Assembly (NCBI GenBank): GCA_035510535.1
Contig: DATKGY010000041.1
Span: 29,493 to 93,492 of the forward strand
DNA: 64,000 nucleotides
DNA from: Patescibacteria group bacterium
Lineage (GTDB): Bacteria > Patescibacteriota > Microgenomatia > Levybacterales > UBA12049
Direction of reading: 5' to 3'
The notes under the pieces are model-generated. The model was given only the letters and a program-made list of their open reading frames with translations. It had not been told where the DNA came from and searched no databases. This document shows, in pieces, positions 48,086 to 55,933 of the stretch (position 1 is its first letter; every line of letters begins with the position of its first letter). Both the position numbers and the translations under genes were made by a program.

Positions 48086-49057
48086 ATTCCTCTAAAGTAT
48101 GAGTTGACAAAGATAATGGTCGATTTGATCTCCAAAATCGAGGCAAAAAGAGCAATTATTGAAAACACTCCGGTTTCGGAAAGCTTAACAAAAACACTGC
48201 GAAGACAGTCTCTTCTTAAAAGTTCTTTATTTTCCGCCAAAATTGAAGGTAATAAGCTTAATTTAGCAGATTTGAAGCGTGTAGATAAGTTTAACCCTGA
48301 TTACGAGCAAAGAATTGAAGTGGAAAATATTTTAGCGGCGTTATCTTTTGTAAACAGCGCTCCGCATAAAAATATTAGCCTTGATTATATCTTAAATCTG
48401 CACGCAATAGTCATGAAGCGTTTGCGAAGCGATTTGGGAAGAATACGCAATGAGCCGAGCGCAATATTTAATGAATCAGGATTTCCTGTCTATATTCCGC
48501 CTCCGCCATCCGAGCTCGGTGGTTTGCTTGATAGGCTCGTTGCATATCTTAGCGTTAAGACAAATGAAAATGTCTTTATCAAAGCTTCCCTTGCGCATCT
48601 CTCTTTTGAGAAAATCCATCCTTTTATTGACGGTAATGGTAGAGTGGGAAGACTTTTGTTCCACGCAGTCACCATAAAAGAAGATTACCCTTTTAAAGGG
48701 CTGCTTTCAATAGAAGAGTTATTGAATGAAAGAAAAGCCGAATATTATGAATATTTGGATCGAAGCGATGCGACTTCATTTATAGAGTTCATGTTGGAAA
48801 TTATCAATGAACAGCTTGAAAAGGTGCTTGATGAGATTAATAATAAACAGGAAACCTCGGAAGATTTGCTTTTGCCCCGCAGAAAAGAGATATTAGATTT
48901 AATAAGGGATCATCGGGTCATGACGTTAGATGCCGTAAGAAGGCGTTTTTTAAGGGTTTCACCAAGAATGATAAGGTACGATTTGAAAAAACTGGAGGAA
49001 CAAGGGTTTATAATTAAACTTGGAGCTACCAGAGGAGCGATGTATAAGCTAAAATAA
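48080..49057 (+). CDS. fic: Class II Fic (AMPylase-type) protein with a C-terminal winged-helix HTH domain.
   Basis: Fic motif 'HPFIDGNGRVGRLL'; N-terminal inhibitory motif 'SAKIEGN' ((S/T)xxxE(G/N)); C-terminal DeoR-like 'LIRDHRVMTLDAVRRRF...RYDLKKLEEQGFI'. Confidence 0.85.
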   Translation: MEIPLKYELTKIMVDLISKIEAKRAIIENTPVSESLTKTLRRQSLLKSSLFSAKIEGNKLNLADLKRVDKFNPDYEQRIEVENILAALSFVNSAPHKNISLDYILNLHAIVMKRLRSDLGRIRNEPSAIFNESGFPVYIPPPPSELGGLLDRLVAYLSVKTNENVFIKASLAHLSFEKIHPFIDGNGRVGRLLFHAVTIKEDYPFKGLLSIEELLNERKAEYYEYLDRSDATSFIEFMLEIINEQLEKVLDEINNKQETSEDLLLPRRKEILDLIRDHRVMTLDAVRRRFLRVSPRMIRYDLKKLEEQGFIIKLGATRGAMYKLK

Positions 49058-49061
49058 AAAT

Positions 49062-50183
49062 ATGATTATCGGAATTGACGGAAATGAGGCTAATATCGAA
49101 AATAAAGTCGGCATCGGCGAATATGCTTACGAACTTATTTGTCAATTTTATCAGACTGTTTCGGAAAGAAAAGATCTTAAATTCAGAATTTATCTTAAAG
49201 ACAAGCCGCATCTAGACATGCCGGTGCCAACCGAAAATTGGCAGTATCAGATTGTCGGACCGAAAAAATTCTGGACGCAAATCGGTCTTCCCTTAAAACT
49301 TTTTATGGAAACGAAAAAGCCCGATGTATTTTTCAGCCCCAGCCACTACGCGCCCAGGTTTAGCCCTGTTCCAACCGCGATTTCGATTATGGACCTTTCC
49401 TACATTCACTTTCCCGAGCTTTTTACCAAACACGATTTGTATCAGCTTGTAAATTGGACCAAATATTCCGCCAAAAACGCCCGGAAAATATTCACGATTA
49501 GCAATTTCAGCCGGAATGATATAATAAAAACATATAAGAAAAATCTGGAAGACGTAATTACGACATATTTAGGAATCAAAGGAATTGAGAACTTAAGCAT
49601 CAAAACTCAAAATATGAATGATTTAAACAAGAAATTCGGAATTACAAAACCTTACATTTTATTCGTCGGGACGCTCCAGCCCCGAAAAAATATCGTTAAA
49701 TTGATTGAGGCTTTCTCGCTACTTAAAAATAAAGATACCGAGCTGGTAATTGTAGGGAAAAAAGGTTGGTTGTTTGAGGAGATTCTAGCAGCTCCCGAAA
49801 AATTTGGAGTTACAGAAAGAGTTAAATTTTTGGATTTTGTCGAAAACGAAGACTTACCAGGCTTATATAAAAACGCGCTGTGCTTTGTTTTGCCAAGTCT
49901 CTACGAGGGTTTTGGATTACCGGTTCTGGAAGCAATGAAATTTGGCTGCCCGACAGTTATCAGCGATACTTCCAGTCTGCCGGAGGTCGGCGGAGACGCG
50001 GCTTTATATTTTGATCCGCAAAGCGTGGATGACATTGCAAAAAAGCTTGAAACGGTAATCTCTGACGAAAAATTGCGAACCGAAATGATAAAAAAAGGTT
50101 ATAATCAAGCAAGGAAGTTTTCTTGGGAAAAAACAGCCAAAGAAACCTTGAAAGTTTTGGAGGAACTAGGAAATGCAAGATAA
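49062..50183 (+). CDS. GT4 glycosyltransferase.
   Basis: 'EGFGLPVLEAMKFGCPTVISD'; 'ILFVGTLQPRKN'. Confidence 0.85.
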   Translation: MIIGIDGNEANIENKVGIGEYAYELICQFYQTVSERKDLKFRIYLKDKPHLDMPVPTENWQYQIVGPKKFWTQIGLPLKLFMETKKPDVFFSPSHYAPRFSPVPTAISIMDLSYIHFPELFTKHDLYQLVNWTKYSAKNARKIFTISNFSRNDIIKTYKKNLEDVITTYLGIKGIENLSIKTQNMNDLNKKFGITKPYILFVGTLQPRKNIVKLIEAFSLLKNKDTELVIVGKKGWLFEEILAAPEKFGVTERVKFLDFVENEDLPGLYKNALCFVLPSLYEGFGLPVLEAMKFGCPTVISDTSSLPEVGGDAALYFDPQSVDDIAKKLETVISDEKLRTEMIKKGYNQARKFSWEKTAKETLKVLEELGNAR

Positions 50184-50778
50184 AACAGGAAGAGTATTAT
50201 CAACACCGGAAATAATTAGAAAAATTATCATAAGAATAAGAACAATTTTTTGGGAGTTAATTTGCTGGAAGTTGGCAATTACGGGATATATTCCTTCGCA
50301 TTATTTAAGAAGATTTGTTTACCGGTTTTGGGGAATAAAAATCGGTAAGGGTTCAACTATTCACATGGGAGCGCACTTTTATTATCCCCCAAATATCTCA
50401 ATCGGACAGGACTCAATAATCGGCGAAAGGGTAGTTTTGGACGGAAGAGCGAAACTGACGATTGGTAATCACGTTGACATTGCCTCGGAAGTGATGATTT
50501 ATAACGCGCAACATGACGTAAGCGTAGAGCATTTTGCGGCGGTTGAAAATATTTCCCCAGAACCGGTAACGATCGAAGATTATGTTTTTATCGGACCAAG
50601 GGCAATAATTCTTCCCGGCGTCACTATTCACAAAGGTGCAGTGGTTGGAGCGGGTGCGGTGGTTACGAAAGACGTTGAGGAGTTTAAAATTGTCGGCGGT
50701 GTGCCGGCCAAAGAAATCGGCGAAAGGCAAAACAGAAATCCCAACTATAAACTTGGCCGGGCCGCATGGTTTAGGTAA
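50173..50778 (+). CDS. Hexapeptide-repeat (LbH) sugar O-acetyltransferase (WcaF/MAT-like).
   Basis: Repeated [LIV]GxxxxI hexads 'IGERVVLDG...IGNHVDIASEVMIYN...IGPRAIILPGVTIHKGAVVGAGAVV'. Confidence 0.8.
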   Translation: MQDKTGRVLSTPEIIRKIIIRIRTIFWELICWKLAITGYIPSHYLRRFVYRFWGIKIGKGSTIHMGAHFYYPPNISIGQDSIIGERVVLDGRAKLTIGNHVDIASEVMIYNAQHDVSVEHFAAVENISPEPVTIEDYVFIGPRAIILPGVTIHKGAVVGAGAVVTKDVEEFKIVGGVPAKEIGERQNRNPNYKLGRAAWFR

Positions 50779-50795
50779 CTTACAACGATTAGCTT

Positions 50796-51668
50796 ATGGA
50801 TTTGTCGATAATCATTTTGAGCTTTAACACCAAAGATACAACGATTAATTGCCTAAAGTCTATTGTCGACCAGTATCAAAGCGAATTAAAAAATAATCAA
50901 TTTGAAATAGTCCTCGTTGATAATAATTCATCGGACGACACCTTAGAAGCGGTCAGAAAACTTAACGTCCAGAACCTAAAGATAGCCGAAAGCAAAGAAA
51001 ACTTAGGATTTTCCAAGGGCTGTAATTTAGGCGCCAAAAGCTCAAAAGGAGAGTTTCTTTTATTCCTAAACTCGGATACGGAAATTAAAGATCAAGGGTT
51101 TACAAAGATGGTTGATTACCTCCGGAAAAATGAAAAGGTCGGCATTTTGGGCGGGGCGCTTCGTAACGAAGATGGGACCAGCCAACTATCAGTGGGGAAA
51201 TTTTACAATCTGTTTAATCTTTTTATTGCAATGGTTGGGCTAGAAAGACTTGGATTTTTACGGGAAAGCCCACATAAAATTAAGCAAGTAGATTGGGTAA
51301 GCGGGGCCAGCTTAATGATTAGTAAAAAATTATTTGAAAAAATTGGGGGATTTGAAAAAGAGCTGTTTATGTACGCCGAAGATATGGAGCTTTGTTATCG
51401 GGCCAAAAAGAAGGGTTTTCTAACTTATTTTTATCCGGAGGTAACGCTTTTCCATAAAGAAAGGGGCAGCAGCAACCGGACTTTTGCAATACTAAATATC
51501 TATAAAGGGATTTTGTTTTTTTACAAAAAATATAAACCCGATTGGCAGTTTAAAATTGCCAAGCTGATACTTTTCTCAAAAGCATCAGCGCTTGCAAGTT
51601 TAGGTAAAATTATGAATAATAGATACTTAAGGGAAACATATTCGCAAGCCCTAAAAATAAAACTATGA
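50796..51668 (+). CDS. GT2 glycosyltransferase.
   Basis: 'LSIIILSFNTKDTT...IVLVDNNSSDDT', 'NSDTE'; paralog of the GT2 at 58692. Confidence 0.8.
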   Translation: MDLSIIILSFNTKDTTINCLKSIVDQYQSELKNNQFEIVLVDNNSSDDTLEAVRKLNVQNLKIAESKENLGFSKGCNLGAKSSKGEFLLFLNSDTEIKDQGFTKMVDYLRKNEKVGILGGALRNEDGTSQLSVGKFYNLFNLFIAMVGLERLGFLRESPHKIKQVDWVSGASLMISKKLFEKIGGFEKELFMYAEDMELCYRAKKKGFLTYFYPEVTLFHKERGSSNRTFAILNIYKGILFFYKKYKPDWQFKIAKLILFSKASALASLGKIMNNRYLRETYSQALKIKL

Positions 51669-54600
51669 AAAAGATTTTTACGTGGATTTGGGAAAATATT
51701 TTATTCCTTGAAACATTACTGCTGCTTATTTTTATTCCGCTTTATCCTAAACTTCCCCTGATTAATGTTAGAAATACCTGGGTTTATGTCAGGGCGGACG
51801 ATTTCGTAGTTCTTTTTGTCTTATTATCCTGGCTGGTTTTGCTGTTCCGGAAAAAAATATCCCTCAAAACACCTCTGACGATCCCAATACTTATTTTCTG
51901 GATTATCGGCGCGGTGGCGACAACGCACGGAGTGCTATTGATTTTTCCAACCCTGGCTAACGTTTTTCCAAACGTGGCATTTTTAAGTCTCTTGCGTCAT
52001 ATCGAGTACATGAGCTTATTCTTTGTCGCCTACCAGGGGATGAAGGATAAAAGATTATTGCCGGTTGTGATAGGCGTTGTGACTATTACGCTCCTTGGTG
52101 TAATCGGCTACGGTTTTGGGCAAAGATATCTTGAGTTTCCCGCCTTTTTAACAATGAATGAGCAGTTTGCTAAAGGCGCGCCAATAATACTGTCTCAGTT
52201 ATCCAGGATTCCGTCCACTTTTGCGGGGCAATACGATTTGGCCGCATATCTTGTTTTGGTAATTCCGATTTTGGCCAGTCTTTTCTTTGGTTTTAAAAAT
52301 TGGCTAATCAAGCTTTCACTTTTGGCAACATCTGCCTTGGGTTTTGTCCTTTTACTGATGACGGTATCCAGAATATCTTTTTTTGCTCTTTTAGCGGCTC
52401 TTTTTATCATCTTATTCTTCCAGAAGAAGAAAATTATTTTATTTGCGGTACCAATAATAGCGCTTCTGGCAGTTTTAGTTATTAGTTTTCAGCCGACCCT
52501 TTTAAATCGCTTCCAAAGCACAGTTAAGGAGACAGATGTCTTAGTGGATGCCAAGACGGGAGATTCAATCGGCAATCTTCAATATGTTCCGGCAGCATAT
52601 TTTAAAGATAAAATTATCCTGCGGAAAGCAGTTAAAGACAGGGAAGAGCTAATAAACGCCATTACAACGGAAAACGGAACAAACGGAGCATCCTCCTCGG
52701 CAATAATACCTTTTAAACTGCTTCCGCCCGAAGTTCCGCTGGTTTTATCCGCCAACACCTCCACCGGAGAAAATCTTCCTTCAGGCACCGGTTACATTAA
52801 TCTTGCTTTGTCTCCCGTGGTAGAGAAGTTGGACAGCTTTTATTACGAACTTCCGCCCGAAGTTAAAGCGTCTTTTTCCGCCCAGGTGCTGGTGCTTAAC
52901 GGAGATTTTGTCGTTAAGAGGGCGGCCGCGTACGATCTTTCTTTTACGACCCGGTTTCAAGGGGAATGGCCCAACGCTCTTTTGGCTTTTCAGCGCAATA
53001 TCTTAGTTGGTAGCGGTTATGGGTCGGTGAGTTTGGCCGTTGACAATAATTATTTCAGGATGCTAGCCGAAACCGGTCTTTTGGGTTTTATCTCCTTTTT
53101 GATGATATTTTTATCTTTAGGTATCTATATTGGGAAGATATTTCCGGATATTGAATCAAAACTGGCTAAAAGTTTCATTTTGGGTTTCGCCGCAGGCGTT
53201 GTCGGACTGGCTCTTAACGCGACGTTAATAGACGTTTTTGAGGCTTCTAAGGTTGCTTATACCCTATGGCTTTTGTGCGGAGTAGTTTTTGGCGTGTTGG
53301 TTTTATATCAAAAGACCGCCTTTAATCTTTTGACCGAATTAAAAAAAGTCGCTACTTCAGCTTACGCCGTCATTACTTACCTTCTATTTTTCAGTATAGT
53401 TTTGTTTTTCCCATCACTAGGGAACTTTTTTATCGGAGACGATTTCACCTGGTTTCGCTGGGCCGCGGACCATCCCCGCAATAGTTCTCTTATCAGTATT
53501 TTAGCAAGCTATTTTACAGATGCCAACGGATTTTTCTACAGGCCGGGTACCAAAATCTATTTCTTCCTGATGTATTCAAACTTCTGGCTTAATCAGGTTG
53601 TTTATCACGCCGTGTCAATCTGCTTGCATTTTATCGTGGCCGCGCTCTTTTTCCTGCTGGCCAAAAAAGTCCTCAAAAACAATTTACTGGCGGTTTTGGC
53701 GGCTTTTCTTTTCCTACTGATGAGCGGACCCGTAGAGGCAATTTATTGGATTTCCGCGACGGGGTTTTTGTTTACCTCTGTTTTTGCGCTTGCGAGTCTC
53801 TTATTCTTTATTTGGTGGGATGAAAAAAGAAAAGTTATTTATTATCTGGCGTCGTTAGTTTCTTTATCTTTAGGACTTCTTTTCCACGAGATGGGAGTAA
53901 TAATTCCGCTTTTAATTGTCGCCTATGGTTTTAAAGAGGATATGTCGTGGTCTTTCCTGAAAAAGATTGTCAGAAGAGTGGATTATCTCTTGCTGTTTGT
54001 TCCGATTCTAGCTTATCTCTTACTGCGTTTGCTGGCTCACAGTCATTGGACAGGAGGGGATTACAATTATGATTTATTAAAGTTACCCTTCAATTTTGTC
54101 GGCAACGCTTTGGGCTACATTTCTCTTATTTTAGTTGGTCAAGTATCTCTGCCTTTCTACGAAGTAATTAGAAATATTCTAAAGGAAAATATCCTATTAG
54201 CAATAATCTTAACGGTTTTAGGAATTGTGGCTTTAGTTTTTGCCAGTAGAAAACTTCCTAGAATCTTTGAGAAGAAAGAAAGAGGCATCATTGTTTTTGG
54301 ATTCCTGTTTTTCATTATTTCCCTACTGCCGTTTTTGGGTTTGGGTAATATCACCTCAAGATATAGCTATCTGGCGTCTCTTGGTTTAATCCTGATTTTT
54401 GTAGTCGTCATTAAAAAAATATTTGATTATTTGCTAACTAACGGAAAAGAAATTGCTTTTACGGCGATGGCGGTTTTCGTATTGGTTTTTTCTCTTTTCC
54501 ATATTATCCAGTTGCAGCAAGCGTATTTTGACTGGAGCGGTGCGGGCGTGAAAGTGCAAAACTTTTTTGTATCGATAGACGATTTATATAAAGCGTCTTG

Positions 54601-54841
54601 GGGAAATGCTCCGGTTAATTTGCATTTTGTTAACGTACCGATAAAGTACGGTGATGCCTGGGTTTTCCCTGTCGGGCTTAACGACGCTGTTTGGTTTGCT
54701 TTTAAAAATGATCAAACAAAGGTGTCTATTCATAACGATTTGCAATCTACCTTGCAACAAGTTCAATCTTCTCCCACCACTAGCATTTTGCAATTTAACG
54801 ACGATGGCAGTGTTTCGGAAATAAACAACTATCCAAAATAA
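51665..54841 (+). CDS. 1058-aa fusion: an O-antigen ligase/polymerase-like (Wzy_C) polytopic domain followed by a second GT-C-like polytopic domain.
   Basis: Wzy_C signature 'GSGYGSVSLAVDNNYFRMLAETGLLGFISFLMIF' around residues 440-480; more than 20 predicted TM helices; C-terminal half begins 'FIGDDFTWFRWAADHP'. Confidence 0.6.
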   Translation: MKKIFTWIWENILFLETLLLLIFIPLYPKLPLINVRNTWVYVRADDFVVLFVLLSWLVLLFRKKISLKTPLTIPILIFWIIGAVATTHGVLLIFPTLANVFPNVAFLSLLRHIEYMSLFFVAYQGMKDKRLLPVVIGVVTITLLGVIGYGFGQRYLEFPAFLTMNEQFAKGAPIILSQLSRIPSTFAGQYDLAAYLVLVIPILASLFFGFKNWLIKLSLLATSALGFVLLLMTVSRISFFALLAALFIILFFQKKKIILFAVPIIALLAVLVISFQPTLLNRFQSTVKETDVLVDAKTGDSIGNLQYVPAAYFKDKIILRKAVKDREELINAITTENGTNGASSSAIIPFKLLPPEVPLVLSANTSTGENLPSGTGYINLALSPVVEKLDSFYYELPPEVKASFSAQVLVLNGDFVVKRAAAYDLSFTTRFQGEWPNALLAFQRNILVGSGYGSVSLAVDNNYFRMLAETGLLGFISFLMIFLSLGIYIGKIFPDIESKLAKSFILGFAAGVVGLALNATLIDVFEASKVAYTLWLLCGVVFGVLVLYQKTAFNLLTELKKVATSAYAVITYLLFFSIVLFFPSLGNFFIGDDFTWFRWAADHPRNSSLISILASYFTDANGFFYRPGTKIYFFLMYSNFWLNQVVYHAVSICLHFIVAALFFLLAKKVLKNNLLAVLAAFLFLLMSGPVEAIYWISATGFLFTSVFALASLLFFIWWDEKRKVIYYLASLVSLSLGLLFHEMGVIIPLLIVAYGFKEDMSWSFLKKIVRRVDYLLLFVPILAYLLLRLLAHSHWTGGDYNYDLLKLPFNFVGNALGYISLILVGQVSLPFYEVIRNILKENILLAIILTVLGIVALVFASRKLPRIFEKKERGIIVFGFLFFIISLLPFLGLGNITSRYSYLASLGLILIFVVVIKKIFDYLLTNGKEIAFTAMAVFVLVFSLFHIIQLQQAYFDWSGAGVKVQNFFVSIDDLYKASWGNAPVNLHFVNVPIKYGDAWVFPVGLNDAVWFAFKNDQTKVSIHNDLQSTLQQVQSSPTTSILQFNDDGSVSEINNYPK

Positions 54842-54955
54842 GCATAGGGAATGATAAGAACTAGAAAAAGTTCCATGTCCGAGTCCAGCCTTCGGAGTTG
54901 TGTAGCCTCAAATATATAGTGAGTAACATGGTGGGGTAAATGATATAATTGGTTA

Positions 54956-55285
54956 ATGAACTGGAATATTTTATTATTCGAAACACAAAGAGGCGAAAAA
55001 CCAGTTGAGGAGTTTATAATTTCAAAATCTCCGCAGGCTAAAGCAAAAATTGCGCATCTGATTAATCTCCTTGAAATTCATGGAAATATTTTAGGCATGC
55101 CACATAGCAAGCAACTGACGAAAGGTCTATATGAGTTAAGAATTAGAGGTAAAGAAGAAATACGCATTTTATACTGCTTTAAAGAGAAAGATGTTTATTT
55201 GCTTCATGGATTTAAAAAACAAACCCAAAAGACGCCTAGTAAGGAAATAGCTATAGCTTTAAAGCGAATAAGACTATTGACATAA
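54956..55285 (+). CDS. Type II toxin, RelE/ParE superfamily (HigB/Gp49-like).
   Basis: 109 aa; 'LYELRIRGKEEIRILYCFKEKDVYLLHGFKKQTQKTP' is typical of Gp49/HigB-like toxins; followed by an XRE HTH gene. Confidence 0.7.
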   Translation: MNWNILLFETQRGEKPVEEFIISKSPQAKAKIAHLINLLEIHGNILGMPHSKQLTKGLYELRIRGKEEIRILYCFKEKDVYLLHGFKKQTQKTPSKEIAIALKRIRLLT

Positions 55286-55305
55286 TATAACATATATGTT
55301 ATATT
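55284..55305. promoter_or_regulatory. 22-bp perfect palindrome between the toxin and antitoxin genes (candidate operator).
   Basis: aatataacata|tatgttatatt read directly; revcomp-identical. Confidence 0.5.
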
Positions 55306-55311
55306 CATATT

Positions 55312-55584
55312 ATGAAAGACTGGAAGACATTTAAAAAAGAACTATTAAAGGATAAGGAGGTTGCAAAAGAATATAACAAGCTTGCTCCACGTTATGCTAT
55401 CATCTCTCAATTAATTGCTGCGAGACAGAAAGCTGGATTTACTCAAAAGGAACTTGCAAATAAACTAGGTACTAAGCAATCTGCTATTGCTAGACTTGAA
55501 GCTGGTAATACTAATCCATCCATAGGTTTTTTAGAGAAAATAGCCTCAGCCATGAGCACAACTCTTACTATTCAACTTCAATAA
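55312..55584 (+). CDS. XRE-family HTH antitoxin (HigA-like).
   Basis: 'FTQKELANKLGTKQSAIARLEAGNTNPSIGFLEKIA' is a canonical HTH_XRE. Confidence 0.75.
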   Translation: MKDWKTFKKELLKDKEVAKEYNKLAPRYAIISQLIAARQKAGFTQKELANKLGTKQSAIARLEAGNTNPSIGFLEKIASAMSTTLTIQLQ

Positions 55585-55603
55585 AATTAGCAAAACAGGT
55601 TTG

Positions 55604-55609
55604 TATAAT
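55604..55609 (+). promoter_or_regulatory. Perfect TATAAT -10 hexamer, preceded by TG, at the 5' edge of a ~320-nt structured leader.
   Basis: 'ggtttgTATAATc'; no good -35 found. Confidence 0.25.
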
Positions 55610-55933
55610 CTCTTTTAGAGAAAGGTATACTGAAAACGAAGAGCCAGTGAAAACAGGTTTCGGGATAGTATTCGTACTATGCTCACCGTTAGAGCAACTG
55701 GTCTTCAAAGGTAAGTAAAAAGCGATCTATTATGGAGCAGAGATTCCCGTCACTGAGCTGGAGAGCGAAGGGACGGGCGTGAATGCCTGGACAAGCGAAG
55801 TTTGAGTTATAAGAGTACCACGTTAGCGAGCTAAAGCGAATGGACGTGGGTATCCATTATATTATCGTTATGAAGGTTTCTTGCAGAATAGTTGGTGGAA
55901 TTGATAATACCCCGATAATGAACTAAAATAACA

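Noticed and set aside
55680-55860. Three spaced, partially palindromic direct repeats that might suggest a CRISPR array.
   Set aside because: The repeats are degenerate (about 60-70% identical) and of unequal length. There are only three, and no cas genes are nearby. This is not CRISPR. Kept as a possible ncRNA or leader instead.
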